Below the pieces are notes generated by a model that saw only the letters and a program-made list of their open reading frames with translations, was not told the DNA's origin and made no database searches. The translations under genes and the position numbers were made by a program. This document shows positions 37,192-49,134 of a stretch of DNA of 64,000 bases, piece after piece; positions within the stretch are counted from its first letter, which is position 1; every line of letters begins with the position of its first letter. Source of the stretch: Selaginella moellendorffii (lineage: Eukaryota; Plantae; Lycopodiophyta); the NCBI RefSeq assembly GCF_000143415.4, contig NW_003314292.1, positions 999,498 to 1,063,497 on the forward strand, written 5' to 3'.

Positions 37192-38628
37192 CTAATGCGA
37201 ATGGACGAAGAAGGTGGCGAAGGTGGCAGCGATGATCACACCAAAAGTGGATGATCCGCGAGCGATGATCGAAGAGGATGGCGACGGCGCATAGTTTCCT
37301 ACTTGGAATGCCACTGGCAGCGTGGATTTGTCGCAAGGATCCAGCATTCCTTGCGAGGAAAGCGAGGAAGAAGAGCTCTGCTGGATCATGGAGAGGATTT
37401 GGGGAGGATAGCACAATCCAGTGTTGTTGCCCAGCTTGAGCTTGCTGCCGAATCGCGTGATGGAATCGATCGAGAATGGCACCGGCCCAGCGAGCGAATT
37501 CTCGCTGAGATTGATCTCCGCGAGCTGGTCCAGGCGCGCGAGCTCGCGCGGGATGGCGCCCGTGAGCTCATTCCTGGCCAGCCCTAGAAACCGCAAGCTC
37601 GGGAGCGCGCCTAGATTGCTGGGAATCGCGCCGCGGAGCTGGGAATCCGAGATGTCCAGGCTGATCAAGCTCGCCCCCAATCGCTCCCACCCGATCGATG
37701 GAATCGCCCCCTGGATTGGATTGCTGTGGAGGTAGAGCTCCCGCAATGTCGCCAGCCCTAGCAGTGGCTCGAGGAAATTCCCCTCTCTTCCTCCTCGCAA
37801 GAGATTGTGGCTCAAATCCAGGAGCTCCAGCCCCGGCGGCAGCGATTCCAGCGATCCCAGCGTCGCATTGATGCGATTGTTGCTGAGGTCGAGCTTGCGG
37901 AGGCGATCGAGGCCGGCGAGCGAGAGATTGGCGATGGAATCGAAGGCGTTGTGGCTGAGGTCGAGGATGACGAGACTGGAGAGAAATTTTAGGGTTCTTG
38001 GCAGCGCGCCCAGGATCCCCGGATTCTGGCTGATGACGAGCTGCTGGAGCGACGTGAGATCGCCCAGCTCGGCTGGAATCTCTCCCGCGAGGCCGTTGCC
38101 GACCAGGATCAAGCGCTCGAGGTGGCGGAGATTGGCGAGCTCGGCAGGGATTGGTCCCTGGAGAGCGGGATTGTTTTGGAAGGTGAGAGTGGAGAGAGTG
38201 GCGATGGCGGCGATGGAGGCGGGGATCGTAGCGGGGGATTTCGTGAAGCAGCCGTAGAATGCGAGGGATTTGAGGTGGGAGAGCTTGGCGATGGAGGGAT
38301 GGATTGTCGCGTTGGCGCTGCAAGAGGGCGTGTTGCTCTGGATCTTCCCCACGCTCAAGCCCACCAGATGGATCGAATTGGGGAAGCTGGAATTCGCGTC
38401 GTCGACGACGTCACAGATCATCCCCTGGAGCGTGTTCTCACCGCAAGGATCCGGCAGCAAGCTCCTCCAATCCCACTCGGAGTTTAGAGACTCCATCACC
38501 TGGAAGAAGGCCTCCTTCTCCGCGGGATCCATGCTTTGTTCGTCCTGCTGCCCGGAGATGGCGACGATGATCCACATCCACACCAGGAAAGAAATCGCGG
38601 CCGCGCATGAGATTGGCGACGCCGGCAT
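37192..38628 (-). CDS. LRR receptor-like protein (PII-2/RLP29/TMM-like), no kinase domain
   Basis: Signal peptide, W..PDPC cap, plant LxxLxLSxNxLxGxIP repeats, GNNTGLC cap and hydrophobic C-terminus. Intronless, first ATG at 38628. Confidence 0.88.
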   Translation of the reverse strand: MPASPISCAAAISFLVWMWIIVAISGQQDEQSMDPAEKEAFFQVMESLNSEWDWRSLLPDPCGENTLQGMICDVVDDANSSFPNSIHLVGLSVGKIQSNTPSCSANATIHPSIAKLSHLKSLAFYGCFTKSPATIPASIAAIATLSTLTFQNNPALQGPIPAELANLRHLERLILVGNGLAGEIPAELGDLTSLQQLVISQNPGILGALPRTLKFLSSLVILDLSHNAFDSIANLSLAGLDRLRKLDLSNNRINATLGSLESLPPGLELLDLSHNLLRGGREGNFLEPLLGLATLRELYLHSNPIQGAIPSIGWERLGASLISLDISDSQLRGAIPSNLGALPSLRFLGLARNELTGAIPRELARLDQLAEINLSENSLAGPVPFSIDSITRFGSKLKLGNNTGLCYPPQILSMIQQSSSSSLSSQGMLDPCDKSTLPVAFQVGNYAPSPSSSIIARGSSTFGVIIAATFATFFVHSH

Positions 38629-39866
38629 CGTGACTTCCAGCGCTCCCAGATCATCCAAGTTCAAGAGTAGTGGAGGAAGAGGAAGAGGAAGATCATCAAG
38701 AAGACGCGAAGAACTCTCCTAGAAATCCTACGCTATGTGGAGAGAGGGGGAGCTACTAGACAATGGGAAGAGAAAAGAGTGGTTGTGGAGTATAAGAAGT
38801 TGGATGCTTTTGGCTGGCGCGATCGATCGCTAGCTAAGAGGAGACGAGCAAAGTGGAAAAGAATGTCAAATCAAATGGATTGTTTACTCGAGAATCTTCA
38901 CTGTAGCCCCCACTCGCGATCGAAGGCGCATTGTTTTCTCGAGTGGATGGACAAATTCCGGAGGAGAAATTCTTTTGCTCGCGACTTCCTCCCCAATGAT
39001 CACTGCGCTTCAACCACCAAGCGCATATGGGTGGGGGCGTGCGCGCGATTAAACAATGCCCGGCTGCCCAGCGATCGATCGGTGGAGCTATACGCGCCCA
39101 GCGCTCGATCAATCGATCATGACGAAAAGAAAGGAAAGAGATTGTTAAAAAAGAGGGAAGAACTGCGCGAAAACAGGGGGAGGGAGGGGTGAGTCGAATC
39201 ACAGCTGGAGCGAATTTCTCTTAAAGAAAGGAAGAAATCGCGCTTGAATTGGATCGATCCGTGCGGCACTGAATGGATCGAGGCGCATTAACGAAGGCAG
39301 TAAAAGCCCAAAGCAGGGGAGATTGGTGGTATCCATCCCAGGAGAGAAATGTTACAAGCGATGGATCGATTCGATCGATTCGATCGATTAGAAGGGATCG
39401 AGGTGGACGAATCGATCGAAAGATTTGGGGCTTTGTTGCAGCGCTTGGCCTCCAATGCCACCGCGCCAGGCGATGGTCGTCGTCGTTGATTTTTCAAGGA
39501 TCTATGAGCAGCTCCAGAAAATCCTGGAGACGACAACAATGCGGCAGCGCGCGGCGTGATCAATCAGGATCATCGAGCGTGAAATTTCTTTTATTTTCTC
39601 CTTTAAGAGCGTGAAAGAGAGATTCGTTTTCGTTTCGTCCGCATCCAAATGGAGAGGGGTCGCTGTAAAAAGATGTAAGTAAAAATTCGTGGGGCATTCA
39701 AGGCAGCCGCGCCAGGGCGGCGGTTTCCTTTCTCCATGCTTGAGAACGATATAAGCCGCCAGAGAATATTCCATTCATGTAAAAACAAGTCACTAACGGT
39801 AAATTAATATTTACCTAGGGTTTTGATCTAATTTAACTAGGGCCCTTTTAGGGTTCTTGCGAAGCT

Positions 39867-41995
39867 ATGGCACAAAGCAAGTATGAATATGTCAAGGGAT
39901 TTGAGAGCGACGATGCGCTGCCTTCCGGCAACTGGATCGTCGTCCGGATCCAAGGCCGGGATTTCAAGGAGTAAGCGATGCGCGATCGATCTTTGTAAGT
40001 GATTGGGCAAATATTTGCAGGCTTCTCAAGGGTCATGGCGTTGAGAGGGATGATTCCCGAGCTCTAGCGCTCGTGGAGGATTGTTTGAAGACACTGCTGT
40101 GGAATTTCTTCGACATTGTTTGTGCGTATGGAGTCATCTATGAATCAAGGTGAAGGTTTTCTTTCGTGTTTTTCTTTGCCTTCAAATCCAATGCGATTCT
40201 TCTTTTTGTTCCAGCTTTGTTTTCCACGAGAGTACCTCCTTCTTCAGACGACGAGAAAGGTTTCTTAGTTTTTTACGTACTTTCGCTAAGAGCTTAGCTC
40301 ATCAGTGGTTTTTCCAGCAAGCTCGTATCGGTGCTTGTATCATCCTTTACATCGCTATACGTGAGGAGCTGGCCCTCGTTTTTCCCAGAGACAAATCTCT
40401 TGAGTACGCCTGTGTTCTCTGGAGCTGCGTATTGCTATCCGAAGAATTCACTGGTGAGATCCTACTTATCTTCGCTGCAGGAAAACTGTATGTCCTGATT
40501 CTGCATTTAATTCATCGATAACGATGTCGTGAAACAGGGATATCTGGTCTTCAGGCTAGTAACGATCAAATGGGAGCTTTCGTCTTCAAACGAAAGGTTC
40601 GTAGCTGTTATGGTTCTAGTTTTCATTGGACTGAGAATAGATTTCAGGTTGGAGAACAGGTTGATGTCTGTAGTATGCGTGGCGAAATTACGTCCGATGC
40701 GTTCTGGATGGAGCATTCTTTCATTCTAGAGAAGAAAAAAGTAAGTCTTTTTTTGCTTAGAACACTGTTTCTTTAATTTCTAGAGTTTCTACTGCTGAAC
40801 AGAGTAAAAGAAGCATTATCAAAGCCAGGCAAGCATGCTGCAGCAATTTTTACGTGGCCTTTTTTCTTACTTAGTAAGCTATAGGCAAAGAGGTGTTGAG
40901 CAGAGTCCGACCATGGTTGAAAGAGATCCTGTAAGCTTCTCTTTGCACTTTTCCACTAGTTACTAACTTCCCATTACAGATGAAAGTTGACTTCGTGGTT
41001 ACGACAGGGCAGTTTTTGCAAGCCAACTGGATCGTTGTTCGAATTGATGGTCGCGGTTTTAAAAAGTATGCATTTGAATCTTTCTTTTCTTGTTGAAGCT
41101 GTTGTCTAACCGACTGCTTTTCCCAGATTTGCTGATCTTCATGGGTTTCAGAAGCCAAACGACGAACGAGCTTTGCAGCTAATGGACGAGTGTGCAAAAG
41201 CAATTCTAGAAGAAAACACAGACATCGTTTGCGCCTATGGCATCAGCGACGAGTACAGTTTCTTGATTCGAAGGGGTGCACATCAACAAGCAAGGTAAGT
41301 GACCGTGGCCATAGGCAGTGCTTAACCCTTTTTTTCTTTTTTTTTTGCAGCAACGAGCTCATTTCCGCGACTGTTTCGCTATTCACATCAAAGTATGTAA
41401 TGCTGTGGCCCAAGTTTTTTCACGACAGGGAGCTTGAATGTGCTCCGGCCTTTGATGCAAGAGCAGTGTGTTACCCCACAGAAACAACAGTTAGAGATTA
41501 CTTGGCTTGGCGCCAAGTGGACTGTAAGTTCACATTTTCTTTCTCTTCTATCCAGCAAGCATGCTTGCTTAGTTTCTGGTTTGTATTGCTTGCAGGTCAT
41601 ATTAACAACGTGAACAATACGTGCTTTTGGAAGTTGCGAGAGCAGGGGTTGAATCCGAGCAATGCGCACAAGACACTCATGGTATAGACTTCAAATTTTG
41701 ATGTTTCTCGTGTAAAGGCCTTGTTTCAGGGAACAAGGTCGAGCGAGAAGAAAGAACTTCTAAGTAACGACTTTCGGATAGATTACAATGCGTTGCCGGC
41801 AAAGTATCGCAAGGGATCCCTTCTTGTACGAAAGGTAGAAAAATGTCTTCGTTTTTTTACAAAGCTGTTCATAAGTACTTATGTATATATTTCCAGCCTG
41901 ACCAAACCATCTTCCACTACCATGACTTCGACGTTATTGGCGATGATTTCTGGAAGGAGCACTCTTACATTCTCCAAAAGGCAAGATTCTCATAA
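39867..41995 (+). CDS. THG1: tRNA(His) guanylyltransferase, plant tandem-domain type
   Basis: [13 protein letters not shown]. Second domain has [57 protein letters not shown] and DVIGDDFW. The middle exons were only approximately traced. Confidence 0.85.
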
Positions 41996-42214
41996 TATCA
42001 TACGTTTAGATTATATTGATATTCTGCAGTGAATTGCAATGATCTCTGCGCATGCTTGAGAATTAATACGAGAGCTACGAATGGATTGCAGCAGCACTGC
42101 TAAAGAGGACCTGGTGCTTCGTACAAAAGGCATTTGAGTAGTGTTCAAAAGGTATTCAAGCTTCATGTAGCATTCTTTTGGTTTTCTAACGGAAAAGCCT
42201 TCCTTTTTCCAATG

Positions 42215-42800
42215 CGTCCTCGTGGAGCAAGCTCGATGAAGCCCGAAGGGCGTTCAAAAGAATGCCACAGTTCAGCATGGAGGCTTCCATTTCAATGTCC
42301 ATCGCCTGCGTCAACAAAGGGAAGCTCCAGTCCGCCCAGCAAGTCTTCGAAAGTGCCACCACATCCTGGACTCGCAGCATTTGCACGGAGCGGGCATCTC
42401 CTCGAGGCCAAGCTTAGATATGGGAGAGCAAGGGGCTGTGATGAAAGTAAGCCTCAACCAAGCGCTTTGTACGGGCTGCCACGGCCGAGTGCTACGTGAA
42501 GAAAGTCGATTGATCCAAGCCTTTGGAGTGGAAGCCGGGGACTTCGACTCCGGCAGATGGTTTTCGCTCTCGGAGCTCTGGAACAGCTTGGACATTCTCA
42601 TGGCTTTACGAACGACGTAGCAAACGACGAGACGGGCCGGAATCCATCCATGTCCATGAGCTCGAACTGCCTCAACGCTTGAGCCAGTGTACTCGGAGAT
42701 CATCGACTGCTCGACCAGAATCCTCGACTCCCCGACGCTCTTGAGCGCTCGGGTATGGCGTCAAACACCACCTTTTCAAACTCCAGCTTGCCGACGGCAG
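42215..42800. pseudogene. Scrambled PLS-type PPR fragments on both strands
   Basis: Plus strand: KLDEARRAFKRMP, GKLQSAQQVFES, AFARSGHLLEAK. Minus strand: KVVFDAIPER, AQALRQFELMDMDGFRP. Interrupted by stops and frameshifts. Confidence 0.55.
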
Positions 42801-43675
42801 GAAAGTTGAAGTAAGGCTCTTCTAGGCCTCTCATCCCCGCGTTTTGGGGTGGCGACCATGCACCGAGCCCGAGAGACCGATCCAGTCGACATTGCTTTTG
42901 CACTCGATCTTGGGACCGAGTTATGAGCTGGATCTGCACGAGAGCCACTAATATCGAAGAAAGAACAGCAAAAACTGAAAGGAGGCCGTTCTTACTTTTG
43001 GTGGACGATAAAACTTTACAAGCTCTCACAAAAGCTGGAAGATCTTTGACGCATCGTCACTTCTTGTCTACTGAGCCTTGCACGAACTGGGTGATGATAT
43101 TGTTGAAAGCATCCTACACAAAATACACCTATAACTGGGGAATTCTTGGATGATTATTATGGTGACGAAATATTTATAGAGTGGCTGAAAATCTCAAAAA
43201 AAAATATAATAACATATATTTCGGGAACAAACTCAAAGATAGGGTGGACTTAAAGATACCTTTAGTTTAAGAAAGTTTATATGCATTCTTCGTTTTTTAC
43301 GGTGTTTACGTTTTGTGGCAAAATAGTTATTACCTCATAATAGAGTTATATTCTGCAGAGTTACATGCTTGGACTGACTATCGAAGCACCGCTAAAGAAG
43401 CATCATTGCCTGCTGCAAGTGCCCATTCCAGGCAAGCGCTACAAGCATGCCATTCCCTGAAACAACAGTCAGCTGCTGAATTCTGGCGAAGCACTGCCAC
43501 GCATGTTGAATGCTGCCATTCTGTCCATACATCTTTGTTGGATTGTGGAACTATGGACACTAGAGAAATGTATATTCTACATTCAATTCATAAGAAGCAT
43601 GCCATACTTCATAGAATATAACAAACCAGCTCCTCTTTATTTACGTATATGAATCCATGTCAGAGGAGCATAAGC

Positions 43676-44407
43676 TTACATGATTCCATAGCTAGACATT
43701 GGGTTGAAGCCCACAGGCACAACAGCAGCACTGAAGATCTGAACCTCCTTGAGTTCACCATGAAAGTAGCGTTTGTTGTCACGGGGGTCATAACCAATGA
43801 AGACAGGTAGGCTGGAATTGAGGTTGACTATCTTGGAGCCGTTCTGTGACTTATCAAGTTTAGAATCAACGTAGATAGACCCAACAGTGCCATTTCGGAC
43901 TGCAGCAACATGGTGCCAAGTTCCATCAGTGACTGGCACTGTTCCCTTAATGTTGAACTGGTACTCATCATTGTACACCGTAAACCATAGATTGCCATTG
44001 AGGATCCATAGCCACCACTCACCATAGATATGATCAGAGCGTTGCTGGATGACGCACAGTTCCTGCTTGATGCGGGGTGGGACCTTCACCCAAGCATGAA
44101 CAGCAAAATCAGTCTGCCCAGAGAGAGAGGGCGTGGTGCCCATGGAAATGTATGTTGCACCATCAAACACAATACCATCAGTTGTGTGAGCAAGTTGGGA
44201 CCCGGCCTGCTCCACAAGCCCAGTTGCCTTGTTCCCAGACGAGTCTGCGACCAGGTAGCCTATCTTCTCATCCAGCTTCCACCATGCAAACAGTGACTTA
44301 GAGATGCCCACATTCTCATCTGATGTTGAAGAAATGGAATTCGAAGCATCCACCACAGTGGCCAGAAGAACAGCAAGAGCAAAGTAGAAAGAGAGACGGG
44401 AAGCCAT
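43676..44407 (-). CDS. Secreted LamG-like (concanavalin-A-like jellyroll) domain protein
   Basis: Signal peptide MASRLSFYFALAVLLATVVDA, then AWWKLDE..G..VADSSGN, FDG, FAVHAWVK, DGTWHHVAAVR.G...IYVD and FHGELKEVQIF. Intronless, with a TATA near 44440. Confidence 0.8.
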   Translation of the reverse strand: MASRLSFYFALAVLLATVVDASNSISSTSDENVGISKSLFAWWKLDEKIGYLVADSSGNKATGLVEQAGSQLAHTTDGIVFDGATYISMGTTPSLSGQTDFAVHAWVKVPPRIKQELCVIQQRSDHIYGEWWLWILNGNLWFTVYNDEYQFNIKGTVPVTDGTWHHVAAVRNGTVGSIYVDSKLDKSQNGSKIVNLNSSLPVFIGYDPRDNKRYFHGELKEVQIFSAAVVPVGFNPMSSYGIM

Positions 44408-44854
44408 TGTGTTATGATTTTCACTTGCTGCTGCATTCTTATATATCCTTCTTGTGGCCACGTACTTATGGAGAACTCCAGAATGCCTTAATGCATTAAT
44501 TAACAAGGAAAATCTGAAAACTTAGAACAAAAAACAGTTCGTACATAGACCCTTGTGGAGCGTGTGGGAAGGTGTAACAACCTATGGTACATAATATTGA
44601 ATGTCTCGTGACTTTAGGACACGAGACATGAATATCTGGCCAGACCTTTAGAAATATTCCATGTGGCAGCTGTGTCTTATCCATGCCACCATATATATAT
44701 ATGGATATGTATATGCTTGCTGACAACTATGGTAGAAATAGAACCTAAGACTATGGCATAAATATCATCCATCTATGGAATTTTGAAGAGCTAACTACAA
44801 CCTCATATGCAACTAACAAACTCTTAAATCAATCTCAAAACCATAACTTTAAAC

Positions 44855-45162
44855 NNNNNNNNNNNNNNNNNNNNNNNNNNNNNNNNNNNNNNNNNNNNNN
44901 NNNNNNNNNNNNNNNNNNNNNNNNNNNNNNNNNNNNNNNNNNNNNNNNNNNNNNNNNNNNNNNNNNNNNNNNNNNNNNNNNNNNNNNNNNNNNNNNNNNN
45001 NNNNNNNNNNNNNNNNNNNNNNNNNNNNNNNNNNNNNNNNNNNNNNNNNNNNNNNNNNNNNNNNNNNNNNNNNNNNNNNNNNNNNNNNNNNNNNNNNNNN
45101 NNNNNNNNNNNNNNNNNNNNNNNNNNNNNNNNNNNNNNNNNNNNNNNNNNNNNNNNNNNNNN
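44855..45162. other. Assembly gap (N run)
   Basis: About 308 N bases. Confidence 0.99.
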
Positions 45163-47582
45163 TGTATTATTTTTCCATTTCCATCTTGACAACTATTAAA
45201 AAATTTCCATCTAATGCTTTTTTATCCACTGGGCACTTTCCTTTTATATTTGAACTCCTATGGATCATCTCTCGAGTCGTTCCCTTTAGTTACTTACAAC
45301 TCCGATGCAATGAGACTAAATAAATATAATAGAGGGCAAGTATAACAAGTCCAAATAAAATTAATGCTTTAGAACTTATTTTCTTTTAAGAAGGGTTTAA
45401 TGAAGATGCAGAAGATAAACAAAGTGAGTGCAACCTCTCATATGCAGTGCTGGATAAAAACAAAAATCATAAGTCCGAGTTAATATAATTGCCATTGAAA
45501 GTCTTTACCGTATTATTTCTAATAAGGAGTTCTTTCATTCTCTTGAGAGTATTAAAGTTTTCTTTAATTTTCCCATGTCAAATATTGTTAGGGAAAATGC
45601 ACTCAACTTGAAATTTTAGCAAAAGTTACTCAACCCTTGAAACAAAAGCATACTCAACACCAGAAACAATCTACTAATAAAACAAAAGTAAGATTTTTGG
45701 TTTCATGAATATGCTCTATATCTCTATATTACTTAACTCAACACCAAATTGAGAATAAGAATTATAAGAGTCATAAATTATTGATATATTATGAAAAAGA
45801 AATGTTGTAAATAGGGAAAATATATTAGAAATCTGAAAATATGGCATAGGCCAAGAAAATAACAAAAAGGTTGGGAATGAGAAAAAGGCAAAGAGAAAGA
45901 ATCATGTGGCATATTTAAAGATTGACACTTATCTTGTGAAATCTTCAATTTGTCCTCATATCCATCTTTAAAGCAATTAAATTCCTTATTAATGTTAGGA
46001 ATCCTACATTTCTATATCTTTCAAAATTCTACTTTATGTATTCACTAAGGCTTGAAATGAAATTAGAATATAAATGATTTAATTGAGCTTATACACACCA
46101 TCTTATTATAAGCTTGATCATTAAATATCCTCCAAGAACTAAACTGCATTATCCATAACTCTGTAATTGATATCATGATCACAATCCATGTCAATGGGAA
46201 ATAATAGGACATCAAGAACAGAAAACACTGTGTAATCATATCCTATAGAAGTTAATATTGGCAATATATCATAGACAAACACAACATTAATATGATCACA
46301 CTTTACATGACCTAAAGCTTGATCTAACATTGGAACAGTCCTAAAACATTTAACATCCTAATACTAAAACCAGCATACAAAACGGAGCTAAATAGAATTT
46401 AGCATTATTTCACCATACCGGTGGCCTAATATGAGGATATAGAAACTCCACCAATTAACATGGTATGGAGTTTGGATTTAGACTGTACCATATATGAATT
46501 TGGAAAGGGGGCTAAGGGAGTTTTAAATGTATAGTAGGTTAGAAGTATAATTTGAGACATTAATTTGACTTTTGTTAGGCTATATCGCTTTTTATTGTTT
46601 GTTTTGGGTATAAGTCTAAGTTCCATGCTACTCTAGTCAATAGGGTATCCATCTCCTCGCATTAAGCCATTAATATGTTGAAAATGTGTCAAACACCATT
46701 TGACACTGTTTGTATGCAAGAGTTGAATACAAAGAGCTAGTGCTTGTAAGGGATTTAAATGCGTATTAAATCCTTGTTTTATAGTACAACAAAATTAAAG
46801 TTTGGCCCCCCTCCATATGAATGCATGCTTTAGACTTTCACCCCAGTCCAAGGAGTTAAGGATGTACTTAAAGGATGAATTAACATTTTTATAATACAAA
46901 AGGATGCTCATCAACACCACCACTAAGTTAAGGCCCCAAAGCCTATCTATCCACTAAGTCCCATTAACTTTTGAGACTTCTTCACCACATGACTATACCT
47001 TTGGTTATTAAATAAGAGAACCATTGCCTTTTAGGATTTTGGGATAACATTTCAAAACACCATAATTTAATATAAGCCTTATAAATACTCTCCCCATCTT
47101 TTGCCACCAAAGTGTTCTAACCATATGGGTAAAGCAAAGTTTTAATGAGCCAAGTAAAATAGCTAAGTAGGCAGTGCTGCCCACACTTAGATTAAGAGCA
47201 TTGACCATTTAATCTCCCAAAAGAGGTAGAATGGCCTTTTGAACATTTCACCAAATCATTTCACTTGTCCATTCATGTTTTCCTTAGTCACACTAGCCTT
47301 CCTTGGCCACACTAGTTCTTTAAAATCTTACCCATGTAAAGACTTTGGGGTTTGAGAAACAATCATTTAGGCTTTCACTTCAGACTTGAGCTTTGTTTTA
47401 AATTTGGTTTTGGATTTGGTCTTGGTATTAGTTTTGGTCTCAGCCTTAATCTTGGTTTCAGTCTTGAACTCCATCTCAAGTTTAACCTTGACACACAACA
47501 CTTGCCATGTGTTACTCATTTTTTAATCTTTTATTTGAGACTCACTTACCAATGATTTGTGCTTGTTACTTAAACACTTCTT

Positions 47583-48732
47583 TGTAAGCCACAAATTTTT
47601 CCTTTCCAATTTGCCAGCTTACCTCGTCTATCCGTCCAACACTGCCTTGGCTTTTGCTAAGTTCCCTCGCCAAGGTTCTCGCCTATGGTACCAGCTCCTA
47701 CTTGGTTTCAGCTACTCACTGCACGAGCAACGGAGTGTTAGCCATCCTTCCACGGATTCCCAAATCACTCCCAATCCCCCTCCCCGGGTTAGACTGGACT
47801 TAAGGTTCGGCTACACTCCCCGCAAGCACAAGCAGCCAAGCACACCAAGCTTCCAGGTTCCTAACATCCCTTGGTACCACAAGACTTGATCATGGGACCC
47901 TCTAAATCCCAAGTCTTGAGTGCAACACTTGCTTCGGGACGCCGGGGCGAAACACCGTGGCCTAGTGGCCCGGTATGGGTACCTCTCGCCCCCCACTTCC
48001 ATCCCGAAGGAAGGCCCAAGCCCCTAGGAAGGGCGAGGACCAATGAGCCGCATGGTACTCAAGTGGGGCACCACTCCACATGAGCCGGGAGCACCGCAAT
48101 CGGTTTCCCTTTCGGGAGTGGGAGCTGCTCTTGAGTACTTCCTTGGATGGCCCCTCCGGCACCAGCCAAGTCCATGCTCACTCCCACCCAAGGCCCCTCG
48201 GTCCCAGTCTCAACCTCAAGTCGGTTTGGAAGCCCAACTGGAGAGTCCCTTCAAAACTGGTTCCTGGACCTCACTATCCCTACTATACTTTTGGAACCCC
48301 CTGCAGCCCCCCCCCCCATGGGAGACGCACGCTTTGGGCTTTCACCCCTTGACCCGTATTAGTATTTGGACTTAGTCTCTGGCTCGATCTCGGACCCGAT
48401 TTCGGATCCGACTTCGGATTCGGGTTCGGACTCGATCACGGACTCGATCTCGGACCCGATCTCGGACTCGACCTCGGACTCGACCTCGGACTCGGTCTCG
48501 GACCCGATTTCGGATCTCGGACTCCGTCTCAAACTCGGTCTCGAACTCGGACTCGAACTTGGCCCCCGAGTCGGTCTCGGACTCGATTCCGGACTCTATC
48601 TCGAACTCGGTCCTAGAGTCGGTCTTGGACTCGATCCTCGACTTGGTCCCATCCGATAAACTCTTTGTCATTTCGGTCAAGCTTTTTGGGGATCCTTTAG
48701 CCTACGACATCTCGGGGAGTCAGTTCCTTACA
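47583..48732 (-). repeat. 3' LTR of element 1
   Basis: TGTAAG...CTTACA termini. Nearly identical to 53966-55115 (about 2 substitutions seen by eye). Confidence 0.96.
48375..48650. repeat. CpG-rich 6/12-bp minisatellite inside the LTR
   Basis: Degenerate (TCGGACTCGATC)n. Counterparts near 54760-55030, 56100-56360, 57660-58140 and 61680-61950. Confidence 0.9.
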
Positions 48733-49134
48733 ACTCCACCACCCATAGAAGAAGTTCGATGCCCACATCGAACGTCTCGTTTTATCCTACGACTTGTTGT
48801 CCATGTCTCCGGGGGCATCCCCCCACTTAGTGGTGTGCCTAAGTTGGCCTCCCCGGCCAAGAGCCCATGACAACGGAATATAGGTGTCCCTATACTCCTC
48901 ACCTCACCACGCCCTAGTATGGGGTCGGGACTTGAACCCAGCCTTGCTTTACTAGGGGATTGGGACTCGAACCCAACCTCCGTAGAATACGTCTACGGAT
49001 TCGACATCCCCGCGGGGAGTCGGGCGTAGTGCCCTACGCCTAGTCGACCTATCCAACCCATGCTAATTAGCTTACCTTTGGCGCGCCTTCGGGTCCCAAC
49101 ATATTGCACTTGCTCAACTTTGCAAATTGATATT

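Noticed and set aside
3497-38628. Functional developmental or auxin gene cluster (B3 pair, PIN, RLP)
   Set aside because: These genes are interspersed with unrelated housekeeping genes, and proximity is expected at this gene density.
42311-43029. Minus-strand frame punctuated by several TGA codons (readthrough or selenoprotein idea)
   Set aside because: Better explained as a decayed PPR mosaic, and land plants lack selenocysteine machinery.
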